Virus record (IMG/VR): IMGVR_UViG_3300035101_000063 | Length of the DNA: 26,943 nucleotides | Origin: a virus | Reading direction: 5' to 3' (one strand) | Shown here: piece by piece, positions 17,983 through 26,097 of the stretch | Position numbering within the stretch: position 1 is the stretch's first letter | Layout: each line of letters opens with the position of its first letter | Notes under the pieces: generated by a model | The model's input: the letters and a program-made list of their open reading frames with translations, nothing else | What the model was told of the DNA's origin: nothing | Database searches by the model: none | Position numbers and translations under genes: made by a program

Positions 17983-18297
17983 TCAAATACCCAAATCAGC
18001 CTTTCTGGTCGCAATTTCCGTATTACGACGTTCTACCAATATCTTAGCATCCTCCTCATTTATTCCTTCACGATGTTTCCAATTTGTCCTCATTGCCCGC
18101 TCTCTAGAAGCATGAAGTTCTTTAAATTGACGACTATATCTTCTCACCATACTTCTAATCTCATCCTGTGTTTTTATCGGCAAATATCCATTGTTTTGTA
18201 AAAAACATCTTGCTTCATTAATAAATTTACGTTTATCTATAGGTAACTTAATACTCACAAAATCATTCAATATTTCACATATACTCATCTGTTCCAT
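17983..18297 (-). CDS. hypothetical protein (104 aa)
   Basis: Minus ORF with GAGGTG SD and predicted promoter upstream. Confidence 0.45.
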   Translation of the reverse strand: MEQMSICEILNDFVSIKLPIDKRKFINEARCFLQNNGYLPIKTQDEIRSMVRRYSRQFKELHASRERAMRTNWKHREGINEEDAKILVERRNTEIATRKADLGI

Positions 18298-18325
18298 GCT
18301 TGCATCACCTCAGCATCTATATTAT

Positions 18326-18355
18326 TTTATAATAGATATTATTAATATATGTCAA
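18326..18355 (-). promoter_or_regulatory. sigma70-like promoter TTGACA-18-TATAAA on minus strand
   Basis: rc of 18350-18355 is TTGACA; rc of 18326-18331 is TATAAA. Sits in a 129-nt AT-rich intergenic region about 30 nt upstream of the 17983..18297 start. Confidence 0.4.
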
Positions 18356-18426
18356 AATATTTTTTTCTAACATATCATAACAAACTCGATTTCACCATAA
18401 ACATCTATCTCAAAAATATAAAATCA

Positions 18427-19014
18427 TCAAATTGGTGTTGTAGAAAGTATAAAAGAAATCAATATATTATCAGAATCTAACGGAATTTTAAAAACTTCAT
18501 TAGCAACTTTCACATTAACAATATATTCACCACAATCATCAACATCAACAAAACCAACCAATCCAATCATATCCAAAAATGGTTCATTTTCACTATCAAA
18601 TCTAAATTTTGTTCCGGTTAAAAATTTTAAACTTGAAATATTAGAATACCAATCAACTATCTCTTCTAAATTATCACCATATCCAGCAACAACCATATTA
18701 ACCATATGTCTCATAACAGATATTATCATATCATTGAAAAATTCAATACCACAAAACTCAACAAAATCATTATCTATTTTTACTATACCTGCACTTCTCA
18801 TCAAAGAGGGATAGTTAACTTTCCCAATAGGTCGTAACGATTCTATATTTCCATTCACATCATATAAAACAAAACTTCCATCAACAACCTTAGTGCGAAC
18901 CTGCCATAATAATTCAATTCCATCATCAACAATTTCAGCTTTTACCCACATCCCGTCTGGTGTTTTTGCATAATATTCCAAGACTCTTTCTTTGTTTCTC
19001 ATTAATTTCATCAT
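18427..19014 (-). CDS. hypothetical protein (195 aa)
   Basis: Minus ORF; no family recognised. Confidence 0.45.
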   Translation of the reverse strand: MMKLMRNKERVLEYYAKTPDGMWVKAEIVDDGIELLWQVRTKVVDGSFVLYDVNGNIESLRPIGKVNYPSLMRSAGIVKIDNDFVEFCGIEFFNDMIISVMRHMVNMVVAGYGDNLEEIVDWYSNISSLKFLTGTKFRFDSENEPFLDMIGLVGFVDVDDCGEYIVNVKVANEVFKIPLDSDNILISFILSTTPI

Positions 19015-19294
19015 ATTCTTTTTCGCTCAAAACATCTTCACGCCATACATATCTAACTATATCATCTAATTTTATAGCAACAGCTACTTTTCTTAAATGT
19101 TCATGCTTAAAATAATCATCCTCCATCCTATCAAGATAAAACTGTATTTTTTTTGTATATTTTATTTTTTTTGCCTTGGTATATTTCCTATAAATTTTAA
19201 TATTTAACCCTGGAGGATTATTAAATAACATATCCCTATTCAGCCACACATCAAAAGATGCCTTTATAACACGTGGGTCTCTTTTACTTGCCAT
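18935..19294 (-). CDS. hypothetical basic protein (119 aa)
   Basis: Minus ORF; overlaps downstream gene by about 80 nt. Confidence 0.4.
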   Translation of the reverse strand: MASKRDPRVIKASFDVWLNRDMLFNNPPGLNIKIYRKYTKAKKIKYTKKIQFYLDRMEDDYFKHEHLRKVAVAIKLDDIVRYVWREDVLSEKEYDEINEKQRKSLGILCKNTRRDVGKS

Positions 19295-19295
19295 A

Positions 19296-20267
19296 TTATT
19301 TTGGAATAATTATCTTTGGTTTTTCAGAAGCTACTTTCATAGCTTTAATATTGTCATCTGTTTTATCAGTAACTAATTTTGTAACTTCTTTTACACGTCT
19401 TGCTCTCTCATCAGCCTTATTACCAACAGCTTCTTTCATTGCTTCAGCAAGCGCTATATCTTCTTCAATTCCAACAGGATCACCATCATCACAATCCATT
19501 GGAATATCTGCATTGAAGATATCATCCTCTATTGTATCAGTTTCATTAAATAATTCTGGTACTTTGTTACCTTGCTGAATTTCAACAACCCTTTCACCTT
19601 TAGCTACTACATTTGCAAGCCTAGCCTTAGCTTTATCCGTCCATCCAACAGTTGGTGATTCCATAGGAATATTACCAATCAATTCTATTCCATAATTAGA
19701 TGTATCAGGAATATCTTTATCACCATATATACTTCTACATTCCTCTTCTGATTCAAAAACCTCTATTATTCCATCTTCAATATGACGAACAACAAATAAT
19801 TCAAGGTCTTCTTTAGTTATAACATTATCTCTACCACCAGCCATTTCAGACATAGCTTCTTCTATATCATTAGGAATAATCCCTATCGGAAAAGTAGCTC
19901 CTTGAAGCATGGCCCACAAATGCGTTTGACCAAAATTCTGTTCTCTCCAATCAGCCGGAAACAACTCAATAGCTTCAGATTGTTCACCACAAAGCTCTCT
20001 TTTAATCCTCTGCTTTAAACCATAAAAATAATCATCAGACCCTTTTAACCCTTTTGCCCATTGAATCATCAAATGAGCAATCTTCTGAGGAGCACCGTCT
20101 GGTGTAGTAAAAGCAGGAGATTCAACTTCCTTAATAAAAATTGTAACATGTCCATTTTGAAAGGCAGCCACAACATTAGATTCCTGTGCATCTGGTGGAA
20201 CTTGGAAAGGAATCAATGGTTTCCAAGGTTTATATTTTAAATTTCTATCAGATCCTTTTTTTTTCAT
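19296..20267 (-). CDS. hypothetical acidic protein (323 aa)
   Basis: Long minus ORF with coding-like composition, acidic C-terminal third. No family recognised. Confidence 0.5.
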   Translation of the reverse strand: MKKKGSDRNLKYKPWKPLIPFQVPPDAQESNVVAAFQNGHVTIFIKEVESPAFTTPDGAPQKIAHLMIQWAKGLKGSDDYFYGLKQRIKRELCGEQSEAIELFPADWREQNFGQTHLWAMLQGATFPIGIIPNDIEEAMSEMAGGRDNVITKEDLELFVVRHIEDGIIEVFESEEECRSIYGDKDIPDTSNYGIELIGNIPMESPTVGWTDKAKARLANVVAKGERVVEIQQGNKVPELFNETDTIEDDIFNADIPMDCDDGDPVGIEEDIALAEAMKEAVGNKADERARRVKEVTKLVTDKTDDNIKAMKVASEKPKIIIPK

Positions 20268-20572
20268 CTAAACCTCGCTTTCACCTCAATGGTAATATTT
20301 TTTCTTGGTATACCTCTCTTCAATACATGAACAATTGAAAATCCTTCATTCATGTAACACTCTGAAACTTCATCCGCACAATCAGACTGAGTTTCAAATC
20401 CCATGGTAAAATATTTACCATAATTATCTTTCATGATTAAAGCCCAAGGCTTTTTAAGATTTCGTAATGCTTCAATTTTAGAATTACATTCTTCAACATC
20501 CTCAACAATTTTTACAATATCTTCTATTGGAATCTTAACAATAAAAGTATCTTTTTCAACATTATCATTCAT
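20264..20572 (-). CDS. hypothetical protein (102 aa)
   Basis: Minus ORF; ATGA overlap with downstream gene. Confidence 0.45.
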   Translation of the reverse strand: MNDNVEKDTFIVKIPIEDIVKIVEDVEECNSKIEALRNLKKPWALIMKDNYGKYFTMGFETQSDCADEVSECYMNEGFSIVHVLKRGIPRKNITIEVKARFR

Positions 20573-20747
20573 CTTCTTGAAACCTTTCTTCTAATTCTGT
20601 TAAACGAGCAATCATATGCCTTTCATTATCATTACAAATAGCAATACGTTTAAACATAATACCCAACTTTCTTTTCATATAAAAATATGAACTTATGCTT
20701 CCAATGAAAAAAAATACTACTGCAACAAAAAACATACTCAATAACAT
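20565..20747 (-). CDS. small single-pass membrane protein (60 aa)
   Basis: N-terminal hydrophobic helix MLLSMFFVAVVFFFIGSISSYFYM followed by a charged cytoplasmic tail. Holin-like topology but no adjacent lysin. Confidence 0.4.
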   Translation of the reverse strand: MLLSMFFVAVVFFFIGSISSYFYMKRKLGIMFKRIAICNDNERHMIARLTELEERFQEDE

Positions 20748-20748
20748 A

Positions 20749-21102
20749 TCAAAAATCCACTATACCTAAATCATCAACTGTCAAGGATTCCTTGTCAATT
20801 GCTAAATCAACTTCTTCCTTCGACATTCCTTTTTTTATCAATATATTTTTAGCTGCTCTATATTTTTTATCCAAAGAAAAAACTAATTCTTGAATGGCAT
20901 CATGTCTAAATCGGTACCACTCTGCACGAAATTCATTTTCGATTGAAACACGAGCATCATCATATTTAAAACCAAAAAAATTAATCACATCTTTTGGCAT
21001 TTCTTTAAAACGCTCACGAACATATTCTTTTTGGTCCATACACAATGGATTCAATTTTATTTCATTAGTCATCTTCAAATTCATCAACAAACATTCTAGC
21101 AA
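20749..21102 (-). CDS. hypothetical protein (117 aa)
   Basis: Minus ORF; no family recognised. Confidence 0.4.
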   Translation of the reverse strand: MLECLLMNLKMTNEIKLNPLCMDQKEYVRERFKEMPKDVINFFGFKYDDARVSIENEFRAEWYRFRHDAIQELVFSLDKKYRAAKNILIKKGMSKEEVDLAIDKESLTVDDLGIVDF

Positions 21103-21355
21103 TAACAGCCTGATTGTTTAAAGCAGAACTCTCAACTGACATAGCTGTTTGATAAGCTATTCCAATCAAATCCTGAAACATTTTTGCCGATTGCATTCTT
21201 AAAACAATTTTTTCATATAAAGACTGTCTAGAATCACTTATTTCATTATCAATTGTACGTCTTTCCAAATAAGCATTGCTAGACAAATGCTCAAAAGCAT
21301 TAATTGCAGCCTGTGATTTCCAAACAATTTTTACATTTTCAACTTTTTCATCCAT
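21065..21355 (-). CDS. hypothetical protein (about 96 aa)
   Basis: Track start at 21361 is TTG; first ATG at 21355 has AAGG 6 nt upstream. Palindrome copy 3 lies 14 nt upstream of that ATG. Confidence 0.4.
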   Translation of the reverse strand: MDEKVENVKIVWKSQAAINAFEHLSSNAYLERRTIDNEISDSRQSLYEKIVLRMQSAKMFQDLIGIAYQTAMSVESSALNNQAVIARMFVDEFEDD

Positions 21356-21369
21356 TTTCAACCTTGCAA

Positions 21370-21383
21370 CGAACTCGAGTTCG
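21370..21383. repeat. perfect palindrome CGAACTCGAGTTCG (copy 3 of 3)
   Basis: Exact; intergenic between lysin-like gene stop (21387) and next start (21355). Confidence 0.9.
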
Positions 21384-21386
21384 CAA

Positions 21387-22037
21387 TTAATCCACTAAGA
21401 CAGGAGGTGCCCAAGGAGACCTATAAAATCTATTTCTAAATTTCATACCATTTGATGGAACAATCCTAACCCAATATCTCCCAGGTTTATCCATTTTGCC
21501 ACCGAAATGATCAGCACCTAACACAGGATTCGGTTTTCCACCTTTTGACCAGTCTTCTAAAGCAGATAAAATATCATTCCACATGTCTCTATGATTACTC
21601 CATTTAAGTCTATGTGGCCATCCAACCGGTTTCTTGCCTTTTAAATTCAAATTCAAAATCCATCTTCTGGTATGCGTGCTACGATACTTTATAGCAGCAG
21701 AATATTTCCTTACAACGTCAACAAATTTCATCTTTGAATTTTTAGCACCTTTCCATCTTGTAGCATATACCCAAGCAATTCCTATACATTCATCAACAGC
21801 ATCAAAACCAGCCTCACCAGCACAACTTCTAGCAACCCATAATTTTACACTATCATCCCATTCTGTCTTAGGAATCGGCCTATTCTTTGAAACAGAAACA
21901 TTAGAAATACCATCTATATTACTATCAGCATTAACAACAAAACTACAAACAAACATTGAAAAACAAAACAAAAACTTTATAAATTTCAAAAACATATATA
22001 TCCTCCTATTCAAAACTGCAACCAAAGTATAAAACAC
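21387..22037 (-). CDS. secreted SleB-like cell-wall hydrolase (Hydrolase_2 family); candidate lysin
   Basis: Hydrophobic signal-like N-terminus (MFLKFIKFLFCFSMFVCSFVVNA). LWVARSCAGEAGFDAVDECIGIAWVYATRW and KFVDVVRKYSAAI match the Hydrolase_2 motifs (L.AR.i..EA..E...gq.AVa.Vv.NR ... v..Vv.q..QFsa). True start may be the internal Met at about 21995. Confidence 0.5.
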   Translation of the reverse strand: MFYTLVAVLNRRIYMFLKFIKFLFCFSMFVCSFVVNADSNIDGISNVSVSKNRPIPKTEWDDSVKLWVARSCAGEAGFDAVDECIGIAWVYATRWKGAKNSKMKFVDVVRKYSAAIKYRSTHTRRWILNLNLKGKKPVGWPHRLKWSNHRDMWNDILSALEDWSKGGKPNPVLGADHFGGKMDKPGRYWVRIVPSNGMKFRNRFYRSPWAPPVLVD

Positions 22038-22058
22038 ATCAATTCTATCGTCAAATAA

Positions 22059-22403
22059 CTATCTTCTACGCTTTTTTCTACTCTCCATCAATTTTGATAC
22101 TTCAAACATAGCATTTTGGTCTTGATCATCAAAATCTATTTCATCACACTGATCAGACAAATACTTACTAACCATAATTTCGCATGCATGCTTTATTTTA
22201 TAATCCCATTCAATTGACTTCCATTTTGTCATTTGTTTCTTATGACAAGATGGACATAGGCGGAATCTGATAATTTCAGCCTTCTCATCCACTCCTTTCC
22301 CGTAAACAGTCATATTAGTAGAAATCATATCATCTCTAAGTACGTATTTTTCACACCCACGACAAAATCCATATACTTTATTATAATCTTTCATTTTACC
22401 CAC
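22059..22403 (-). CDS. Zn-ribbon protein (CRGC...CPSC), 114 aa, basic C-terminus
   Basis: Two CxxC pairs spaced about 35 aa apart; minus ORF. Confidence 0.45.
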   Translation of the reverse strand: MGKMKDYNKVYGFCRGCEKYVLRDDMISTNMTVYGKGVDEKAEIIRFRLCPSCHKKQMTKWKSIEWDYKIKHACEIMVSKYLSDQCDEIDFDDQDQNAMFEVSKLMESRKKRRR

Positions 22404-22619
22404 TTGTTAACCATACCAGTATAAAAAAAATAATAAGACCTATCACTATTCTAAATTGAAATGAAAAGTCCCTACTATTTGGCACTAATATTTTACCATC
22501 AAATCCACGTATCCAATTATCATCTTTCATTTTAACAACATTTCAATCTTTCCAAAACACATATACTTCGACTTGCATCCCGCAAAGTATCTATTTAATA
22601 GATAACCAAAACAACAAAA

Positions 22620-22967
22620 TTATTCTTTATCTTCAACTTCGTCTTCAACTTCGTCTTCAACTTCGTCTTCAACTTCGTCTTCAACTATACCTAAAATATC
22701 ACTCCAAGGTATAACAACACGTTTCTCACGACCAAAATTTATCTCTGTACCTGAATATCTTCCAATAAAAATCCTATCACCAACTTTTACATCAGGAATA
22801 ACAAGTGTTCCATCAGACATTACCCTACCAGGACCAACAGCCAAAACAACAGCAGTATCTGGAACTTCTTTAGTATTCAAAGGAAGTACAATACCACCAG
22901 GTGATTTCTTTTCCGCTGGTTCATCTCTCTCCACAAATACATTATCATGAAACGGTTTTATTTTCAT
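22620..22967 (-). CDS. groES: co-chaperonin GroES (Hsp10) homologue with (EDEV)n acidic repeat tail
   Basis: MKIKPFHDNVFVERDEPAEKKSPGGIVLP...AVVLAVGPGR...VKVGDRIFIGRYSGTEI...VIPWSDILGIV aligns along its whole length with GroES (MNIRPLHDRVIVKR.E.E.KSAGGIVL...GEVLAVGNGR...VKVGDIVIF..Y.G........ESDILAIV). AAGGA SD 8 nt upstream of the ATG at 22967; the track Met at 22982 lies inside the SD. Confidence 0.8.
   Translation of the reverse strand: MKIKPFHDNVFVERDEPAEKKSPGGIVLPLNTKEVPDTAVVLAVGPGRVMSDGTLVIPDVKVGDRIFIGRYSGTEINFGREKRVVIPWSDILGIVEDEVEDEVEDEVEDEVEDKE
22631..22686. repeat. 12-nt tandem repeat CTTCAACTTCGT x about 4.7 encoding the EDEV repeats of the GroES tail
   Basis: Direct reading. Confidence 0.85.
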
Positions 22968-23206
22968 CTTATATCCTTCCATTTCTTAATCAACTGTCCT
23001 ATTTCCATAACACGATTACTATCTTCAACAGTCAATCTTGACGAAATAGAACGACAACCTTTTTTCTTCTTTGCTCCTGCAACAAATATTACATCATCAA
23101 CAGAAATTACTCCATTATCAATTGCTTCTTTACCGAAATTTTCAACCAAACCAAATGACTCAAGCAACCCAACAGCCATATTATCACCAAAATCAATCCT
23201 CAACAT
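22964..23206 (-). CDS. hypothetical protein (80 aa)
   Basis: Minus ORF, ATGA-coupled to groES-like gene. Confidence 0.4.
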   Translation of the reverse strand: MLRIDFGDNMAVGLLESFGLVENFGKEAIDNGVISVDDVIFVAGAKKKKGCRSISSRLTVEDSNRVMEIGQLIKKWKDIR

Positions 23207-23420
23207 ATCCAGGATTCAACCATTCTTGAAGAACAACTTTATCCTGTGGAACATATTCTTTATCCAAAATAAGTTCTTTAACAATTGCATCATGTTTTAA
23301 TGCAATTCCATCTGCAAAAGAACTACTTGTAAAACATCCAAAACATCTAACACGTGCCTTCAACAAAACACCATCTGTACTTTTTTCATTAGCTTGAGAT
23401 GTAACCAAATAAAGTTTCAT
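23193..23420 (-). CDS. hypothetical protein (75 aa)
   Basis: Minus ORF; no family recognised. Confidence 0.4.
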   Translation of the reverse strand: MKLYLVTSQANEKSTDGVLLKARVRCFGCFTSSSFADGIALKHDAIVKELILDKEYVPQDKVVLQEWLNPGYVED

Positions 23421-23444
23421 GTATCAATATTACCTTTATAAAAC

Positions 23445-24593
23445 TCATACGTCAATATCATCAAATAATCGCATCTGTCTTTTTCTCATAGCTGCATTAA
23501 TCCTTGATTTTGCTAATTCAAAATACTCCCTATCAATTTCTATACCAACAAAATTAAATCCCTCCATCACTGCCCCTCTACCAGTCGACCCAGATCCCAT
23601 AAATGGGTCCAAAATAACCCCATCCATTTGAGTTACAAGCCTACACAAATATTTCATTAAATCTGTAGGCTTTACTGTTTCATGAAAATTCCCAATAAAT
23701 TCTCTATTTCTACAATCACTCAATAACATTCCATGTTTAAATTGTGGTCTACTACTATTCAACCCGTCATCACGGTCTTTTTTCTTGGCTTTTGAACAAT
23801 AAAAAAATCTAGCTTTATTGCCCATCAACCTAACTGGACATGCTGGATGACATTTCCAATCTTCTATCGTTTCAAATCCATTTTCATCACCATGTCTAAT
23901 CCAAGACCCTCTATAATCAAATTGAGAATATACATTTTTCCCTGGTTTAGATGGTTCAAGTCCAGATAATGAACCACTTTTATTTCTTACCTTTTTATAT
24001 CCTAAAAATTCACAATCAGGATGATGAGATAAAATAATGTTTGATGGCCATCTACCATCTTCATTTGGAATATATACTACTCCAGCCTTTTTCATAAATG
24101 TACCTATACCTATATAATCACTCTTTCTTTCTTTAAACTTAATATTATCATCAGTTAATATTCTAGAATCATCTATATTTAACCCACCAGTATTATAAAC
24201 TCCAATATTATCTTTAATAGAACCAATATATTTTTTCCTTGCCAAACAAATAGGTTCATTAGCTGGCTTTAAAGAATATTTGCTCTTAGGAAATCCATTA
24301 CCAAATATCCATTGAATTTGGTCCAATATTTCAAATCCAGCATCTTCTATATTCACAACAAGTCTGTGATATGTTCTGACACCACCAAATGAAAGTAAAT
24401 GTCCTCCAGGTTTTAATACTCTCAAACACTCTTTCCATATATCAACAGATGGAACACTATAATCCCATTTTTTTGACATAAATTTAATGCCATATGGTGG
24501 GTCTGTAACTATAGAATCTATACAATTATCTTCAAACTCTTTAATAACTGATAAACATTCACCACAAAACAAATCAACTGGTTTCTCAAACAT
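23445..24593 (-). CDS. DNA methyltransferase, beta-class N6-adenine/N4-cytosine (N6_N4_Mtase family), orphan
   Basis: Motif IV DPPYG near N-terminus (IDSIVTDPPYGIKF). Motif I FxGxG near C-terminus (LDPFMGSGSTGRGA). No restriction partner in view. Confidence 0.75.
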   Translation of the reverse strand: MFEKPVDLFCGECLSVIKEFEDNCIDSIVTDPPYGIKFMSKKWDYSVPSVDIWKECLRVLKPGGHLLSFGGVRTYHRLVVNIEDAGFEILDQIQWIFGNGFPKSKYSLKPANEPICLARKKYIGSIKDNIGVYNTGGLNIDDSRILTDDNIKFKERKSDYIGIGTFMKKAGVVYIPNEDGRWPSNIILSHHPDCEFLGYKKVRNKSGSLSGLEPSKPGKNVYSQFDYRGSWIRHGDENGFETIEDWKCHPACPVRLMGNKARFFYCSKAKKKDRDDGLNSSRPQFKHGMLLSDCRNREFIGNFHETVKPTDLMKYLCRLVTQMDGVILDPFMGSGSTGRGAVMEGFNFVGIEIDREYFELAKSRINAAMRKRQMRLFDDIDV

Positions 24594-24609
24594 ATAAATC
24601 CACCATAAT

Positions 24610-25356
24610 TCAAAATAAACCTAATTGCCTACCACCTTTATAACCATCTATTTGATAATAAACAACTTCACTACTTTTCCGCCTTTCTCCATCCTTGACA
24701 ATAGTACTATTAGAATCACACAAACGATTAAAATCAAGCCATTTAGCACCATAATTTTCACAAACTATAACTTGACCATGTCTTTCAATCGACCAATTAG
24801 CCAATTTTTCATAATTTAAACGACTAGAACCATAATGATAATATTTACCTGCATCAACATATGGTGGGTCTATAAACCATGTAGCATTTTCATTTTCTAT
24901 TTCAACATACGATTTATTAACTATTTTCCAATGTCTTATATACCTCAACTGACGTGCTATCCTATTCTTAATATATATACTCCAAAAAGATTTAGGTCGT
25001 GTACCACCTTTCATCCATTTAGATGGCAATTTACAAGGATGGTCAGACCCTTTACTCAACCAAAATCCTATCAAATATTTAGCACCTTCTGATACTGATA
25101 AATCATCAACATTATCAAAATCTGTAGGCAAAGAAAGAATATCTGATTCACTAGCATTAATCAAATAATCCCATAATATACAAATTTTTTCATCTAAATC
25201 ATAAAGAAGAACATCCTTATAATAATACCTAACTGAATACCCAGCAGAGCCAGCAAATGGTTCTATTATTCTATTATATAATGGAGCATCATATGATAAT
25301 GAAAGCCTCCATTTGCCACCATAATATGTAAAAAACGGAAACAAATTAGATGACAT
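24610..25356 (-). CDS. Dam-like N6-adenine DNA methyltransferase (D12 class, alpha group), orphan
   Basis: N-terminal YYGGKWRL (Dam YxGGK signature), motif I EPFAGSAG, then motif IV DPPY (TWFIDPPYVDAG). Confidence 0.75.
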   Translation of the reverse strand: MSSNLFPFFTYYGGKWRLSLSYDAPLYNRIIEPFAGSAGYSVRYYYKDVLLYDLDEKICILWDYLINASESDILSLPTDFDNVDDLSVSEGAKYLIGFWLSKGSDHPCKLPSKWMKGGTRPKSFWSIYIKNRIARQLRYIRHWKIVNKSYVEIENENATWFIDPPYVDAGKYYHYGSSRLNYEKLANWSIERHGQVIVCENYGAKWLDFNRLCDSNSTIVKDGERRKSSEVVYYQIDGYKGGRQLGLF

Positions 25357-26057
25357 TAAGAAACCCTATTTAATTTATCTTCTCCTCTATATAAAACCGT
25401 CAAAACATCAGATATTTCCTGACTTATTGTAACTCCAGATTCTTTTGACTTCTCAACTATCTTTAAATAAACATCAACTGGAATTGCACAACGTACGTAT
25501 TTAGTATTATTCCTAATATTACCAACATTTAAACCCAATTTATTAGAAACACTTTCATCATTTAATCTAATATTTCTCAAATACAAAATGGGGTCTTCTG
25601 TAAAATTCATCTCATCCATGAATTCATTTAACTCATCAACAGAAATACCTCTTTTTTTCAAACAATTTACCTTTTTAAGTTTCTGCTTATATTCAACCAT
25701 TACGTCATAAAATTTCTTTCCATTATTCATCTTATTATATTCATTTTTCCAATCTCTCCAGTTATCAGAATTTATAAGTTTGTAATACACATTCGTATAT
25801 GACCAAGGCATCGTTTCTATCCATTTTCTAGCAGCAACATTCTTAAATGACATTTTCCACTTATACAATACCATAGACATCTGCACTGTTCTACAAGTGC
25901 AGCGAAGTTCTCCACTACAAAAATCTTTAAACGAACTATACCCAATTTCTTCATATGTATTATTAGCCTTAATTTCTAATAAAACCTCCCCTAATTTCCA
26001 AAAAGAACGATTCATATCTTCTGATATTTTTTTAGCATATACTAACAATTTGTTCAT
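25356..26057 (-). CDS. hypothetical protein with DUF3102-like N-terminal domain (paralogous to the 3149..4066 product)
   Basis: SFWKLGEVLLEIKANNTYEEIGYSSFKDFCSGEL parallels YWELGVVLADVYTNNRYRSWGFDSWKEYVEQEL of the other gene. ATGA overlap with the Dam-like gene. Confidence 0.45.
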   Translation of the reverse strand: MNKLLVYAKKISEDMNRSFWKLGEVLLEIKANNTYEEIGYSSFKDFCSGELRCTCRTVQMSMVLYKWKMSFKNVAARKWIETMPWSYTNVYYKLINSDNWRDWKNEYNKMNNGKKFYDVMVEYKQKLKKVNCLKKRGISVDELNEFMDEMNFTEDPILYLRNIRLNDESVSNKLGLNVGNIRNNTKYVRCAIPVDVYLKIVEKSKESGVTISQEISDVLTVLYRGEDKLNRVS

Positions 26058-26097
26058 TTTTCAACCTTTTCATCTTTCCTAATTAGCATCCAACTAA

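Noticed and set aside
6140-21383. CGAACTCGAGTTCG palindromes as rho-independent terminators
   Set aside because: No U-run follows on the transcribed strand, and the stem would be only 5 bp around a 4-nt centre. Better explained as protein-binding/processing sites.
22404-22619. tRNA or small RNA in the 215-nt intergenic region upstream of groES-like gene (and other intergenic gaps 14001-14139, 15487-15633, 18298-18426)
   Set aside because: No cloverleaf-compatible stems (no GTTC/GAAC T-arm pairs, no acceptor complementarity). Only a weak 5-bp hairpin CTTGC-N5-GCAAG. Regions look like AT-rich promoter/UTR sequence.
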